From: Longimicrobiales bacterium
GTDB taxonomy: Bacteria; Gemmatimonadota; Gemmatimonadetes; Longimicrobiales; Gaopeijiaceae
Assembly (NCBI GenBank): GCA_965198065.1
Contig: CBDAON010000004.1
Location: forward strand, 1,728,001-1,792,000
Direction of reading: 5' to 3'
Length of the DNA stretch: 64,000 nucleotides
The position numbers were made by a program, and so were the translations under genes. The notes under the pieces were generated by a model. It saw nothing but the letters and a program-made list of their open reading frames with translations. It did no database searches and was not told where the DNA came from. Numbering within the stretch: position 1 is the first letter of the stretch; every line of letters begins with the position of its first letter. This document shows positions 33,177-44,786 of the stretch, in pieces.

Positions 33177-33315
33177 GCGGGCGCGTAACGTGCATCACCG
33201 CGTAACGTGCATCACAGTGAAGCGGTTTAAAAGGTGATTATAGGGAATACTTGATTTCCGCACAAGATCATGTTAACTTTCAGGTACGATAAGATTAGCA
33301 CTGACAGGAGGTTAC

Positions 33316-33825
33316 ATGACTCGCCAGGCACCCGGAAAAAGCTATCGGAAGGGGATCAGCCTGATGGAGCTGGCCGATATGTTTCCGACCGAGGAAGCGG
33401 CGGTGAAGTGGTTCGAGGCGTGGCACTGGCCGGATGGCGAGATCGCTTGCATGAGGTGCGGGAGCCTGAACGCCTACCGTGTGAAAAGCGGTCGTCCGCT
33501 GCCGTATCGGTGCCGGGACTGCAAGCGGTACTTCTCGCTGAAGACGAACACGGCGATGGAGGCCAGCAACCTTCCGCTTCGGAAGTGGGCCTACGCGATC
33601 TACCTGGAGATCACGAGCCTGAAGGGTGTGTCGAGCGTGAAGTTGCACCGCGACCTGAAAATCGCGCAGTCGTCCGCGTGGTTCATGAAGCACCGAATCC
33701 GCGAGGGGCTAGCGGCGGAGTGCCGGGAAGTGTTTACCGGGCCGGTCGAAGTTGACGAGACGTACATCGGCGGCAAGGAGAAGAACAAGCATGCCAGCAA
33801 GAAGGCGAACCTCGGGTGCGGCCCG
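33316..33825 (+). mobile_element. IS1595-family transposase, 5' fragment
   Basis: CxxC..CxxC, VEVDETYIGG, then abrupt junction. Confidence 0.9.
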
Positions 33826-33867
33826 AAGAAACCGGTCAGTGGAATACGCCTGTGAACATGGAAATTC

Positions 33868-35300
33868 GAGTGAGTCCCATCTTTAGTTGAAATTGAAGCG
33901 GCCTCCAACCTCAGGTAACGTGGGTGTGCGACCACACCACGGGATCACAAGAGAGGAAGGAGGCCACCGATGGGAAGGATGCCAAGGCTCGTCGAGCGGG
34001 GCAAGAAGGACCGGCGGCTCGGGGAACCGAGGGAGGTGAGTTGGGAGGAGATCGAGGCGCTGGAGCTGGACCCTCGGGTGGAGCTGATCCGGCAGCTGAT
34101 TCCGCTGGGACTGGCGGAGGTGGGCCGGATGCTCGAGGAGGAAGTGGAGCAACTGGCGGGGCAACGTCACGCCAGGAAGACCGAGGACGATCGACATTGC
34201 CGGCATGGGCATAACCCAGGGTCGGTGCGGTTGGGCGGCCAGCGGCATCCGGTGCGAGTACCGCGGGTGCGAGGCCCGGCCGGAGAGTCGAGGCTGGCGG
34301 CGTATGAGCAGCTGCATGGCTCGCCCGGCGAGATGGACGAGGGGCTGTTTCGGAAGGTGCTGCTCGGGATCTCGTGCCGGGACTACGAGGCAGCGGTCGA
34401 GGCGGTGCCTGGAGCCATCGGGCTGTCGAAGTCGACGGTCTCGCGGGAGTTCAAGAAGGCCACGGCCGCGAAGCTGAAGGAGTTTCAGGAGCGGGACCTC
34501 TCGGGTTACGACGTGGGGTGGCACTCGTCCTGGACGGCAAGAGCTTTGCCGAGGACGAGATGGTCGTCGCGCTCGGGGTGACGACCAAGGGGGACAAGGT
34601 CTTCCTCGGGTTCGTCCAGACCGACACGGAGAACGCCGTGGTGATCCGATCCTTCCTTCGGAGTCTGAAGGACCGAGGTCTCGACCTGTCGGCCGGAGCG
34701 CTCGTGGTGATCGATGGAGCCCGCGGTCTCCGGAGCGGCGTCCTGGCGGTCTTCAAGGGACAGGTGCTCATCCAGCGGTGCCAGTGGCACAAGCGGGAGA
34801 ACGTGATCTCGTATCTGCCGAGAGCGGAGCAGAAGGGCTGGCGCCAGCGTCTGCAGCGCGCCTACCAGCGGCCCACGTACGAAGAGGCCGTCAAGGACCT
34901 CAAGGCCCTGCGCCAGGAGCTCGCGGGGGTGAACCAGTCCGCGGCGGCCAGTCTCGATGAGGGGTTCGAGGAGACCCTCACCCTCCACCGGTTGGGAGTC
35001 TTCCCCCTGGTCGGCCAGTCGCTCAAGACCACCAACGTGCTCGAGTCCGTGAACGCCCTGGCCGAGCAGAGGTGCGGACGCGTGGACCACTGGAAGAACT
35101 CGAGCCAGAAGCACCGATGGCTCGCGACCACGCTCCTGGAGATCTAGTCACGGCTCCGGAGGTTGCTCGGGTACCGACACCTCCCGCTCCTCAGGGCCGC
35201 GATCCAGAAGGACCTCGGGATCACCCTTCCCGAGAGCCGTTCACATGCTGTCGCCTGAGACGGAGGCCGCTCCAGTTTCAACTAACTTTGGGATTGACTC
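33868..35300 (+). mobile_element. IS256-family element, frameshifted transposase 33970-35147
   Basis: 39-bp imperfect terminal IRs (GAGT...GCGGCCTCC); LDG, VIDG, QRCQWHK, TTNVLES. Confidence 0.92.
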
Positions 35301-35987
35301 GGGAATCCCGGTGAATGCTGCGCCTGCTACGAATATTGATCCTTTACGAAGAGGCGATGACAGGGAACCATGGATTACTCCAGACGGGAATACCATCTAT
35401 TTCAAGTCCGACAGGCTTGCTACTACCACTCCTCGTAACGCCAGCGATGTTTTCGTCACCCATAAGGTTGAGGGGGGATGGACTGAGCCGGAGTTAGTTC
35501 CATATCCGATAAGCACAGACGCTGGAGACGAGCACTGCCCTATGTTGCTCCAGGATGGCCAGACCCTCTGTTTCGCCTCTTCGAGGGCTGGTGGCTACGG
35601 TGGTTCTGATATCTGGTGTTCACAGGAGGATGAAAACGGGAACTGGCAGGAACCGTGAATCAAGGCCCAAACATTAATACATCAGCTTCCGAATTCCACT
35701 TCATGGAAGACAAAGATGACTGGGTGTACTTTTCCTCAGGCAGACCTGGTGGATATGGCGGCATGGACATCTGGGCTTCCGAGCATCTGGGGCGTGGGAC
35801 GGGGGCTGATGCTTGGGGTCCTGCAGTGAACCTTGGGCCGTCAGTAAACACCGCGGACACCGATATATGCCCTGCTCTTCCGCCGGATGGTGAGACCATG
35901 GCCTGGTTCTCGAACAGAACGGATAACACTCTTGGTCTCTCTGATATCTTCTGGGTTTATAAGAAGGAAATGGGGGTAACCCCCTGA
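35301..35987 (+). pseudogene. PD40/WD40-like beta-propeller protein split by IS256 (5' stub 33825-33867)
   Basis: PxITPDG, FxSxRxGGYGGxDIW, PxVNLGPxVNT repeats; frameshift near 35655. Confidence 0.8.
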
Positions 35988-36039
35988 CTCAATACCGGTC
36001 CTCTAAGGATCCTGAGCCACGGAAGGTTACGACGCGCTT

Positions 36040-36340
36040 GTCACGAACGGGCGCTTGACCTCCGCGTTTCATCGTGCGGTGTGGTTGGGGCCAAGGTCCG
36101 CCGAAGGTGAGGTGGAGGGTTGGGCCGCCGGGCACGAGGACGAAACCCCTATACTGCAAGGTCTTAGGCCCGTCTAGCGCTTCCCACCCGCCGCGCAACA
36201 GAAGTTCGCAGGAGACGTTAGGAAGCAGCGGCGGCCTCCGCGGATGCGCGCATTTCTCGAGGCCAAGCGCAGGTACGACCCCGGCGAGCTCTTCCAGAGT
36301 GACTGGTATCGCTGGCACAGGGACGTGTTCACGGCGAGCT
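36040..36340 (+). pseudogene. Relic of an FAD oxidase paralog
   Basis: RRYDPGELFQSDWYRWHRDVF parallels RAYDPAELFQSTWYRHYREVF in 43389-44786. Confidence 0.55.
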
Positions 36341-36367
36341 GATCCGGTCCAGCTCATCCAAGGGCCC

Positions 36368-37153
36368 ATGAAGTCACGACTCCTCACCCTATACGTAGCG
36401 TGCTGGGTCGGAGCGCTGTGGATGCCTTCCTCCAGCGCTTCGGGTCAGGACGTGCGCGTTGGGCCGGACCCTGAACGGATCGAGCGCCCTCAGGCCCCCT
36501 CCGAGCGCGCAGCCCTGCTCGAGACATGGATCGAAGGCGAGCCGGCCCGCTACGACCTACGTTTGCAGGCTGCCCACGAGTACTCGCGAGCCTTCGAGCT
36601 CGAGACGGACGAAGCGCGGCGCAGAGAGCTTGGATACCGTGCGCGGGAGCACGCTCGAGCGGCGGCGTTTCTGGACCCCGTTGGCATCGAAGCGCACTAT
36701 TGGCTGGCGGCGGCCTCCGGCCAGCTCGCCGACATCGAGGGCGGACGAACCAAGATCCGTCTCGTGGAAGAGTCGTGGGACGAGGCGGGGTGGGTGCTCC
36801 GTGCCGACTCGCTGCATGTCGGCGCCCACTTCGTACGGGGTCGCATCAACGCCGGGGTGCAACGAGCGAGCGCGTTCCTCCGCTTCCTCGCGAGGGTTCT
36901 CCTGGGTGCCGATGCCATCGCCGAGACCTCCTGGGAGGCTGCGATCCATCACCTCGAGAAGGCCGCGGAACTCGAGCCCGAGACTCCGATGCACCACTTC
37001 GAGCTCGCACGGGCTTACAAAGACCGAGAACGTCCTGATGAGATGCGAAGGGCCCTCGAGGCGGCCGTAGCTGCCGCCGGCTCCGGCAACCCGGAGGTCG
37101 ACGAAGGATACCGGATCCGGGCAAGGGCCCTGCTGCGGGAGACCGTCGGTTGA
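36368..37153 (+). CDS. Secreted TPR-like protein
   Basis: Signal peptide; EAHYWLA, AIHHLEKAAELEP helical repeats. Confidence 0.7.
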   Translation: MKSRLLTLYVACWVGALWMPSSSASGQDVRVGPDPERIERPQAPSERAALLETWIEGEPARYDLRLQAAHEYSRAFELETDEARRRELGYRAREHARAAAFLDPVGIEAHYWLAAASGQLADIEGGRTKIRLVEESWDEAGWVLRADSLHVGAHFVRGRINAGVQRASAFLRFLARVLLGADAIAETSWEAAIHHLEKAAELEPETPMHHFELARAYKDRERPDEMRRALEAAVAAAGSGNPEVDEGYRIRARALLRETVG

Positions 37154-37343
37154 ACGCCCTAAGGGCTCCTTACGTGGTCGGCGAACGCGTGTCACCTCAG
37201 CCAGTCAGGTGGCCCGCTCCAGCGCCCGAGATACGACAACGGCGCCCAGCGGGGGTAAGGGACCACGGGGGAACCCGGAAAATTTCTAGCATGATGGCAA
37301 CCGTTAAAGACTTCGCTCGATACCACCGCCTTCGGATCCGTCG

Positions 37344-38051
37344 ATGACCGGGAAGCGGTTTCTTCTGCTCAGAGTGCGGCGGGGGCAACGTCGCCTGCCC
37401 TTTCGAGGCGCCATCGGCCGGCTCCGGCTCCTCGTCTTTCCGATCCTGATTCTCTTCGTCGGGTGTGATTCGCTCTCAGGACCGGACGGAGACGAAGATG
37501 CCGGGGAGCCCTTCGACAATACGTGCCTTCTACCGCCGTTTGCCGCCGCGAGCATTACGCTCGATGGACTGGTCGACGATTGGGCGGGAGTGGATCCTTT
37601 GGCACTCGACGAACAGGGGGACGATTCGCCCTTGTTTACCGGAGATGATCTCCGGGCGGTGTACGTGGCGCAGAGTAGCCAAGATCTATTCGTGCGGGTG
37701 GATCTCTGGGAGACCGTCAATACCAACTTCGGAAACGGCCCTGTCGACGAAGAATACGGCAGATACAACATCGTGATCGAGAACGTCGGATCCTTCCCCA
37801 GGATCGACCTCGGGATAGCTTTTGACGTAGACGCCGGAGGGTGGAGCGTGGGTCACAACGGTGCGAGCTCACAGGTACCGGACGGCTTGGAAGGACCCAC
37901 GTTCGTTGCCGTTGTCGAGTCGGTGATAGAGTTCGGCGTACCCTTGGGCTTGATCGGCAACCCTTCAGGCTATACGGAGGTCCAGGCGGAGGCTCTGACT
38001 ACTGATGCCGTACAGCTGGACGAGGTGGGGCAGGCGTGCGTGGCCAGCTGA
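37344..38051 (+). CDS. Hypothetical lipoprotein
   Basis: Lipobox FVGC; ITLDGLVDDW motif reminiscent of DOMON/CBM9-like domains. Confidence 0.6.
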   Translation: MTGKRFLLLRVRRGQRRLPFRGAIGRLRLLVFPILILFVGCDSLSGPDGDEDAGEPFDNTCLLPPFAAASITLDGLVDDWAGVDPLALDEQGDDSPLFTGDDLRAVYVAQSSQDLFVRVDLWETVNTNFGNGPVDEEYGRYNIVIENVGSFPRIDLGIAFDVDAGGWSVGHNGASSQVPDGLEGPTFVAVVESVIEFGVPLGLIGNPSGYTEVQAEALTTDAVQLDEVGQACVAS

Positions 38052-38584
38052 CGTCTGGTAGCGGCTGAGTCGTGGACGGCCGCGTCGTCAGCGGTCGAGG
38101 GTCAGACAACCGCCTCGGGCTCGGCCGCCGGCAGGAGCTGCCATCGGAGCTGAAGCACGAACGACAGGAGTGCCGCGAACGCCCCGATAAGGATCCCGAA
38201 GGTCGAGGTGAGCATCGCGCGCACCAGGGCGGGATCGTCTGCAAAGCGGAGATCCGCGGCGGATGGGATCGAGGCACGGGAGATCGGGGCCGAGCGGTGT
38301 GTCCTACACGGGACCCCCCGGGGGCTGTCCCCCTCCGGGGCTCGCTCCCTCCTCTCGTCTGGCTGGAGACGAGATGCTTCGAATCAATCCCGCCGACCTA
38401 GAAGCCGCATGGCTTGATCTGCGGGACATGGTCGATGCGCTCTTTGGAGAGGGCGCCTACAAGTGCCTCGGGACGTTCGCGTTTCGTCGCGTCTTCGTGG
38501 CCCCTGACGCTGCTCCCCGCGCTGAGGGAGACTAGAGCGAAAAACCGCACACTGTTTCCAACCTCTAGGCCGTTTGCCGCGAGT

Positions 38585-39821
38585 ATGAACCGTCGTGCGT
38601 TACCGCTCATAATGGGCCTGCTTCTTCTCCAACTGGGCTGCGGCCTCCTCGATCCAGACGCGCTCGTGGCTCTTCAGAGTGCCCCGATCGGTGCTCAGCA
38701 GACCCCGGATCCAACGGGCTGGGAGCTGACCGGGATTCCGGCGATCAATTACGACTCCGATGAGGGCTTCGGGTACGGGGTCCTCTTCGAGGCCTACAAC
38801 TATGGTGAAGGGGGATACGCCCCCTATCGGTTTACGCTCCAACCCACCGTGCTCTTGACGACCGGTGGGCGGCGTGACTTCACGGTCTTCTTCGATGCCC
38901 CGCACTTGCTTGCGGCCGGGTGGCGGCTTGATGCCTACCTCAGCAGTGAAAAGCAGATCGCGACCCCGTACTACGGAGTGGGCAACGCTACGCCGTACGA
39001 CGTGACCCTCGACGATGACGAGGGCCCTGACCCGTTCTACTACCGCTTCGGTCGCACACGGCGCAGCGCGACGTTCAACCTGCAGCGGAACGTTGCCGGG
39101 ACTCCCATGAGGTGGCTCGTTGGCGCCGGCCTGGTCCGCACTTCCGTCCTCCCTGTCCCCGAGAACGACGGCACCACGTTGTATGGGATGGATGTCAGCT
39201 CGACGGACCAGACGGCCTGGTCGAACTACGTTCGTGCTGGCCTCGTGTGGGACTCACGGGACCGGGAGACCGGACCTCGCAGCGGCGCGTGGACCGAGCT
39301 ACTAGTACAACGCGTAGACGACACCTTCGGCGCCGACGCGAGCTATACGCGGTGGACGTTTACGGATCGCCGCTATTTCTTCCTCGGTGAGCGAGTCGTT
39401 TTCGCGCACCGCTATCTGCTGCAGAGCGTAGGCGATGGGGCGCCCGTTCACGACCCTCTTTCAGGTGCAGACCTCGTTCAAGCAGCAGGAGGGGCTCGGA
39501 GGCTCCAAGACCGTCAGGGGCATCTTCAAGAACCGATTCGTGGGGCGGAGCATGCTCGTTTGGAATGCCGAACTGCGTTGGCACGCAGCCGACTTCCTTC
39601 TTTTTGGCAGGTCGTTCCACATGGTACTCTCGGCCTTCGTCGATCAGGGCCGTGTATGGGGCGGTGACGTCCGACTCGATGAGCTGCTGGCCGACCTCCA
39701 CCGCGGCTTCGGTGGCGGCGTACGGTTCGGCATGGGAGAGAACTTCATCGTGGCGGTCGACATGGGCCGGTCTGAGGAAGCCGGCATGCCGATGTACATA
39801 GGACTAGGGTATCTGTATTGA
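38585..39821 (+). CDS. Omp85 (BamA/TamA-like) outer membrane protein, frameshift near 39455
   Basis: INYDSDEGFGYG, WDSRD, GLGGSKTVRG, NAELRW, terminal GLGYLY. Confidence 0.85.
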
Positions 39822-40140
39822 TGGCGCCGGAAGTGCAGGTCGCCTCGGAGACGGCCGAAAGCGTGGGCTTCTGGCGCACCGTACTGACCAAGCCCGTCCT
39901 TTCGTGGGCGCTGTACGACCTGGCGAACACGATCTTCTCGATGAACATCGTGTCGCTGCCATCCTCGGTCCCGCGATGTTCGCCCTCGTCTCGGAGACGC
40001 TGGGCTGGGGCAGACGGGCGGCGATGGGAAGTCTCTTGCTGTCGATCGTGATCTCCTGGCTGATCCTACGTGGCGTGTCGGACGAGGAGTGTGAGTGGGG
40101 ACCGGAGGATCAGGTGGCACCCCAGGCCACAGCTCTCTAG
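39818..40140 (+). pseudogene. MFS (UMF1/Atg22-like) transporter with large internal deletion
   Basis: N-terminal SWALYDLANTIF joined to C-terminal AAILGP..FALV. Confidence 0.65.
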
Positions 40141-41561
40141 CCCAAGAACCAGTCGAGCGCCCGGCGCGCATGAGTCAGCCCTCCGCCTTCGGCCGAATGG
40201 AACCCTTCATCTGGGATCAGAACGAGCTCTGGGGGGCGCTCGAACGGGAGTTCGTAGCGGCGAAGGGGCGAGGTGGCGAGGCGCTCACGGCCAGTATCGA
40301 TCGTTCCCTGACCTTCGTCAGCGAGCGTCTCGATGAGCTCCGCGCCTCGCGTCCACCAACCGACCCGGCGTTCCGCGAGATAGAGACCGCTTTCTTCGAG
40401 ATCGCTCCCAAGATCGCGGCGTGCCCGGATCGCGTGGGGGAATACGTCGACCTGTACAATCGCGTCCGCTCGTGGGTGAAGGACCAGTCCGTTCACTGGG
40501 ACTTCGATCGGCTCGAGGTTAGACAGACGCTGTACCGGCTCATCTACGGAGGACGCATGGGCCTGGAGGAGGTCATCCTTCAATCTCCGACGGACGCCCT
40601 CGCCTCCACGGTCCTCGTGCGCGATGAGCCGTCGTCGACTCCGTCGACCGTGCTCTACGGCGTTCGTCTCCACAGTGGCGACCTGCTTCTGTCCAGAGGG
40701 GGGACGTCAGCCTCGGCGTTCATCGCTCGCGCTCACGACTACCCCGGCAACTTCTCGCACGTGGCGGTCGTGCACGTGGACGAAGCCCGCGGCAAAGCCT
40801 CGATCATCGAGGCGGACATCAAGGGTGGCGTCCGAACCCGAACTCCGGATGAGTACGTGGCAGAAGACAAGCTGAGGATCATGGTGCTGCGCCCGAGGAG
40901 CGACCTCGGCGAAATCCGCCGTGATCCGCTACTGCCGCATCGAGCAGCCGCCTGGGCCCTCCGTCTGAGCAGATCCCGACGGATTCCCTATGACTTGGCG
41001 ATGGACCGCGAGGACCATTCGAGGATGTTCTGCTCCCAGGTTGCCTATGCCGCGTACAAGCCTCTCGGGCTCAGGCTCTGGACAGGGATGTCGTATATCT
41101 CACGGCCCGGGGTCGGTCGTTGGCTCGCTGCCGTGGGCGTGGAGAACTTCGAGACGCAGGAGCCGTCCGACCTCGAATACGATCCACAGCTCCGGGTGGT
41201 GGCCGAATGGAGGGATCAGAATCGCTTGCTCCACGATCACATGGACAACGCGATCATCGAGGTTCGACTGGACGAGGCGGACCGTGGTGAACCGTTGACG
41301 CTGGCCTTGTGGAAGCTGCCCTTCATGAAGCTCATCAAGGGCTACAGTGTCATCCTCAATGGGCTCGGTAGGGAAGGCCCGGTCCCCGAAGCCATGACGG
41401 CGAGGACGGCGTTGTTGTATATGCGCTTCGGGGAGGTGCACGAAGCAGTGAAGCGACTTGTTGTCCAGGACGTCGAGGACTTCAGGGAGAAGAACCGATA
41501 TCTGCCACCGTATTGGCAGTTGCTGGACATCATCCGCAGGCTGAGGGTGGATAAGCCATGA
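40095..41561 (+). CDS. YiiX/YebB-like permuted NlpC/P60 cysteine hydrolase
   Basis: GDLLLSRG, NFSHVA, PYD, MFCSQV (His before Cys); start uncertain. Confidence 0.8.
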   Translation: MGTGGSGGTPGHSSLAQEPVERPARMSQPSAFGRMEPFIWDQNELWGALEREFVAAKGRGGEALTASIDRSLTFVSERLDELRASRPPTDPAFREIETAFFEIAPKIAACPDRVGEYVDLYNRVRSWVKDQSVHWDFDRLEVRQTLYRLIYGGRMGLEEVILQSPTDALASTVLVRDEPSSTPSTVLYGVRLHSGDLLLSRGGTSASAFIARAHDYPGNFSHVAVVHVDEARGKASIIEADIKGGVRTRTPDEYVAEDKLRIMVLRPRSDLGEIRRDPLLPHRAAAWALRLSRSRRIPYDLAMDREDHSRMFCSQVAYAAYKPLGLRLWTGMSYISRPGVGRWLAAVGVENFETQEPSDLEYDPQLRVVAEWRDQNRLLHDHMDNAIIEVRLDEADRGEPLTLALWKLPFMKLIKGYSVILNGLGREGPVPEAMTARTALLYMRFGEVHEAVKRLVVQDVEDFREKNRYLPPYWQLLDIIRRLRVDKP

Positions 41562-41998
41562 CCTCGGCAACTTCCGCCCTGTTCCTCTGGGCCCTTCTCG
41601 GCCTTTTCGCCCTTCGCGTCGTCGGGCAGGTCATCGTGATGCTATGGGAGCCTCGTTGGCTGCCCCCACCGAAGCAGTGGTTCTCCGGCCTCGTCGCCTA
41701 TCCGTATCTCCTTCTTTTCCAGGTCCTCTTCCTGGCTCTCATGACGGCGATGATCCTGGGGCTCCACCCTGGCGTGGGACCGTTCGGCTCACCCGGGGCC
41801 GGCTTCTCGGCGTTCTGCGTGTCGTTCAGCGTCCCGTACTACGGGTTCATGATCTATCGATGGGTGTTCAGAGTGCTCAGGAATCCGTCGCGACGCTGGT
41901 TCGACACCCTCATTCCCATCCTCTTCCACTGTGTGCTCGCGACCTTCCTGCTGCTCTACGGTCTCGCTGGACTGCGCCTGGCGGATGGGATGCCCTGA
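41558..41998 (+). CDS. Hypothetical membrane protein
   Basis: About 4 TM segments; ATGA coupling. Confidence 0.7.
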   Translation: MTSATSALFLWALLGLFALRVVGQVIVMLWEPRWLPPPKQWFSGLVAYPYLLLFQVLFLALMTAMILGLHPGVGPFGSPGAGFSAFCVSFSVPYYGFMIYRWVFRVLRNPSRRWFDTLIPILFHCVLATFLLLYGLAGLRLADGMP

Positions 41999-42011
41999 GC
42001 GGAATCCTCCG

Positions 42012-43184
42012 TCACGTCGACTCGGCCACGGCCCGGGCGGCTCGAGGCGCGTCTCGACGAATCGTGTGGATGGCGCCCGTAGGCCCGTAGACGTGCCCGA
42101 CGAAGTAGAGGTCGGGCTGATCGAGGCTTTGCACTCCGTCGCGCTGCGGAAAGCCCTCCGCGTCGAGTCGCACGAGTCCCTTGAGGAAGCCCACCGCGGG
42201 TCGGTAGCCCGTCGCCAAAAGCACCACGTCGAACCGTTCCTCGCTTCCGTCACGGAAGTGGACTGCTCCGGCGCTGACGCGCACCACTTCGCCTCTCAAC
42301 GTGACGGTACCGGAGCGGATCGCCGCCGGCAGACTGTCTCCGATGAGTGGTGGCTTCGCCAGAACCGGCCAGTCCGGCACCGGGACAGGCGGGCGGCCGC
42401 GAATCAGGCGCAGCGCTCGGTTGGCAGCACCGGCGATCACGCCCGGCAGCGGGTCCGGTAGCTTGCCGAGCAGGACAGACCAGTATTGCGACGGCACCCC
42501 GAGGATCTTCAGCGGCATGACGTGAGCTCCCGACCGTACGGACACCGCCGTCTCCGCCCGCGCCTCGCCGAGCTCGCCTGCGATCTCACCGGCCGAGTTG
42601 CCCACCCCGACGACCAGAACCTTCCGGCCGACGAAGGGGGCGGGGTCACGGTATTCCGAGCTGTGCAGGATCGTCCCCCCGAAGTGGTCCTCGCCCTCCA
42701 GCTGGGCCCGGCAGGGATTGGAGGCGATGCCCGTGGCCACCACCAGGGTGCGCGCCGAGAGCGTCTCGTCCCCCGTGTCGACGAGCCACCCTGAATCGCC
42801 GCGCCGGGCAGAGACGACGCTCGTTCCGGGCCGGATCGGCAGCTCGAAACGCGCGGCGTAGGTCTTGAGATACCGGACGAAGTGGTCCCGTGGCGGAAAG
42901 AGCGGCATGTCTTCGGGCATCACCATCCCGGGTAAGTGGGACAGGTGCTTCCCTGTGTGCAGGATTAGGCTGCGGTAGTAGCCTGCCCAGCTGGCACCGA
43001 CCGCGTCCCTCTCGAGAACGACGTGCTGGACTCCTCTGAGCTTCAACTCACGGGACACCGCGAGTCCCGCGGGCCCGGCCCCGACTACTATGGACGGAAG
43101 GTCGGCCCGAGTGGAGGAAGCGCTGTTCACCGTCCGGGCGAGGCTGTCTCTAAGCCACGGTCGAAGTGCACCGGCCGACGGCAC
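42012..43184 (-). CDS. Flavin-containing monooxygenase (class B)
   Basis: GAGPAG, HSSEY, GVGNSA, ATGY. Confidence 0.9.
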   Translation of the reverse strand: MPSAGALRPWLRDSLARTVNSASSTRADLPSIVVGAGPAGLAVSRELKLRGVQHVVLERDAVGASWAGYYRSLILHTGKHLSHLPGMVMPEDMPLFPPRDHFVRYLKTYAARFELPIRPGTSVVSARRGDSGWLVDTGDETLSARTLVVATGIASNPCRAQLEGEDHFGGTILHSSEYRDPAPFVGRKVLVVGVGNSAGEIAGELGEARAETAVSVRSGAHVMPLKILGVPSQYWSVLLGKLPDPLPGVIAGAANRALRLIRGRPPVPVPDWPVLAKPPLIGDSLPAAIRSGTVTLRGEVVRVSAGAVHFRDGSEERFDVVLLATGYRPAVGFLKGLVRLDAEGFPQRDGVQSLDQPDLYFVGHVYGPTGAIHTIRRDAPRAARAVAEST

Positions 43185-43388
43185 TCGACCCTTCAGCAGG
43201 GGATGCGGTCGAACATGCGACTAGAATGCCGGAGCGATGTTTGTGAGGCTAGGGGCCGGAGCACTGGCGACACCCCCCGCGATCCCTCATCCTGAGACCC
43301 GCAGGCGCCGGATCGCGAATGGGCCGTGTTTCGAGCCCAGCAAGGCCCGCAGGAGATTATCCGCAGTCCCACGATTAGGGAGGCGACT

Positions 43389-44786
43389 GTGAGTGGACCC
43401 AGTGAGCTGGACGTCAACGACTTCCAGTCCAGGCTTAACCCGACGAGAGTGGGACGCATCGAGGCTCCTACGTCCGCGGAGCGAGTCGCTGAGTTGGTCA
43501 GGGAGGCGGGCCAGAACGGGGCTCACGTATGCATAGCAGGCGGCAGGCACTCCATGGGGGGGCAGCAATTCGCGGAGGGTGCTCTCCTACTGGACATGCG
43601 TGAGCTCAACGGTGTGATCTCCCTCGACCGATCGAGCGGCCTGATGGAGGTCGAGGCCGGAATCCAGTGGCCGGACCTCATAGGCTACCTGCACGACGAA
43701 CAGTCGTCTGACGACGCGCCCTGGGCGATCCGACAGAAGCAGACAGGTGTCGACGATGTCACCGTAGGGGGCTCCCTGGCCGCCAACGGCCATGGCCGGG
43801 GTCTCACGCTCCCCCCGCTGGTGTCGGACGTCGAGTCATTCGCACTCATCGACGCCCAAGGGGAAGCTCGGCACTGTTCCCGCACCGAGAACGCGGAGTT
43901 GTTCTCACTCGCGATCGGAGGGTACGGGCTCTTCGGAGTGATGACGCGCGTGACGCTCCGCCTAGAGCCGCGAAAGAAGGTGCGCAGAGTCGTGTCGATC
44001 ATTCCCGTGCGGGACCTGATAGAGCGTGTCGGCGAGCGCATCGAGCGGGGCTTCCTCTATGGCGATTGCCAGTACTCCGTAGATCTCAGCGTCGAAGCCG
44101 GCTCGCACCCCGGTGTCTTTTCATGCTACCAAGAGGTCGACATCGACACGCCGATCCCTGAGGCCACCGCGCATCTCACGTCGGAAGACTGGGCCGGTCT
44201 GTATCGACTCGTGCGGGAGGACAAGGCTCGCGCGTTCCAGGCCTACTCGATGTACTACCTGGGCTCGTCCGGCCAAGTGTACTGGTCCGATACGCACCAG
44301 CTCTCCAGCGTCTTCGAGGGGTACGTCGGCGCCGTCGACGTCCAGGAAGGGACGGAGATGATCAGTGAGCTCTACGTGCGGCGAGAGGACCTCGTCCCCT
44401 TCCTGGCAGCCGCCAGGGCGGACCTCGTTCAGCACGAGGTCGATGTCACGTACGGGACCATCCGCCTGATCGAGCCGGATGAGGAAACGTTCCTGCCGTG
44501 GGCGACCGAGTCCTGGGCGTGCATCGTAATCAACCTTCACGTCACCCACACGGACGAGGGCATGCGAAGAGCGGCGGAGAACTTCCGACGCCTCATCGAC
44601 CGGGCGATCGAGCTCGGGGGGAGCTACTTCCTGACCTACCATCGCTGGGCTACTCGCGAGCAGGTGGAAGCGTGCTATCCGCGCTTCCCGGACATGCTCC
44701 GGCTCAAGAGAGCCTACGATCCCGCCGAGCTCTTCCAGAGCACGTGGTACCGGCACTACCGGGAGGTGTTCGCTGACCGCCTATAA
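43389..44786 (+). CDS. FAD-binding oxidoreductase (VAO/PCMH family)
   Basis: GGRHSMGG, TVGGSL, GGYGLFG, YDP. Confidence 0.9.
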   Translation: MSGPSELDVNDFQSRLNPTRVGRIEAPTSAERVAELVREAGQNGAHVCIAGGRHSMGGQQFAEGALLLDMRELNGVISLDRSSGLMEVEAGIQWPDLIGYLHDEQSSDDAPWAIRQKQTGVDDVTVGGSLAANGHGRGLTLPPLVSDVESFALIDAQGEARHCSRTENAELFSLAIGGYGLFGVMTRVTLRLEPRKKVRRVVSIIPVRDLIERVGERIERGFLYGDCQYSVDLSVEAGSHPGVFSCYQEVDIDTPIPEATAHLTSEDWAGLYRLVREDKARAFQAYSMYYLGSSGQVYWSDTHQLSSVFEGYVGAVDVQEGTEMISELYVRREDLVPFLAAARADLVQHEVDVTYGTIRLIEPDEETFLPWATESWACIVINLHVTHTDEGMRRAAENFRRLIDRAIELGGSYFLTYHRWATREQVEACYPRFPDMLRLKRAYDPAELFQSTWYRHYREVFADRL

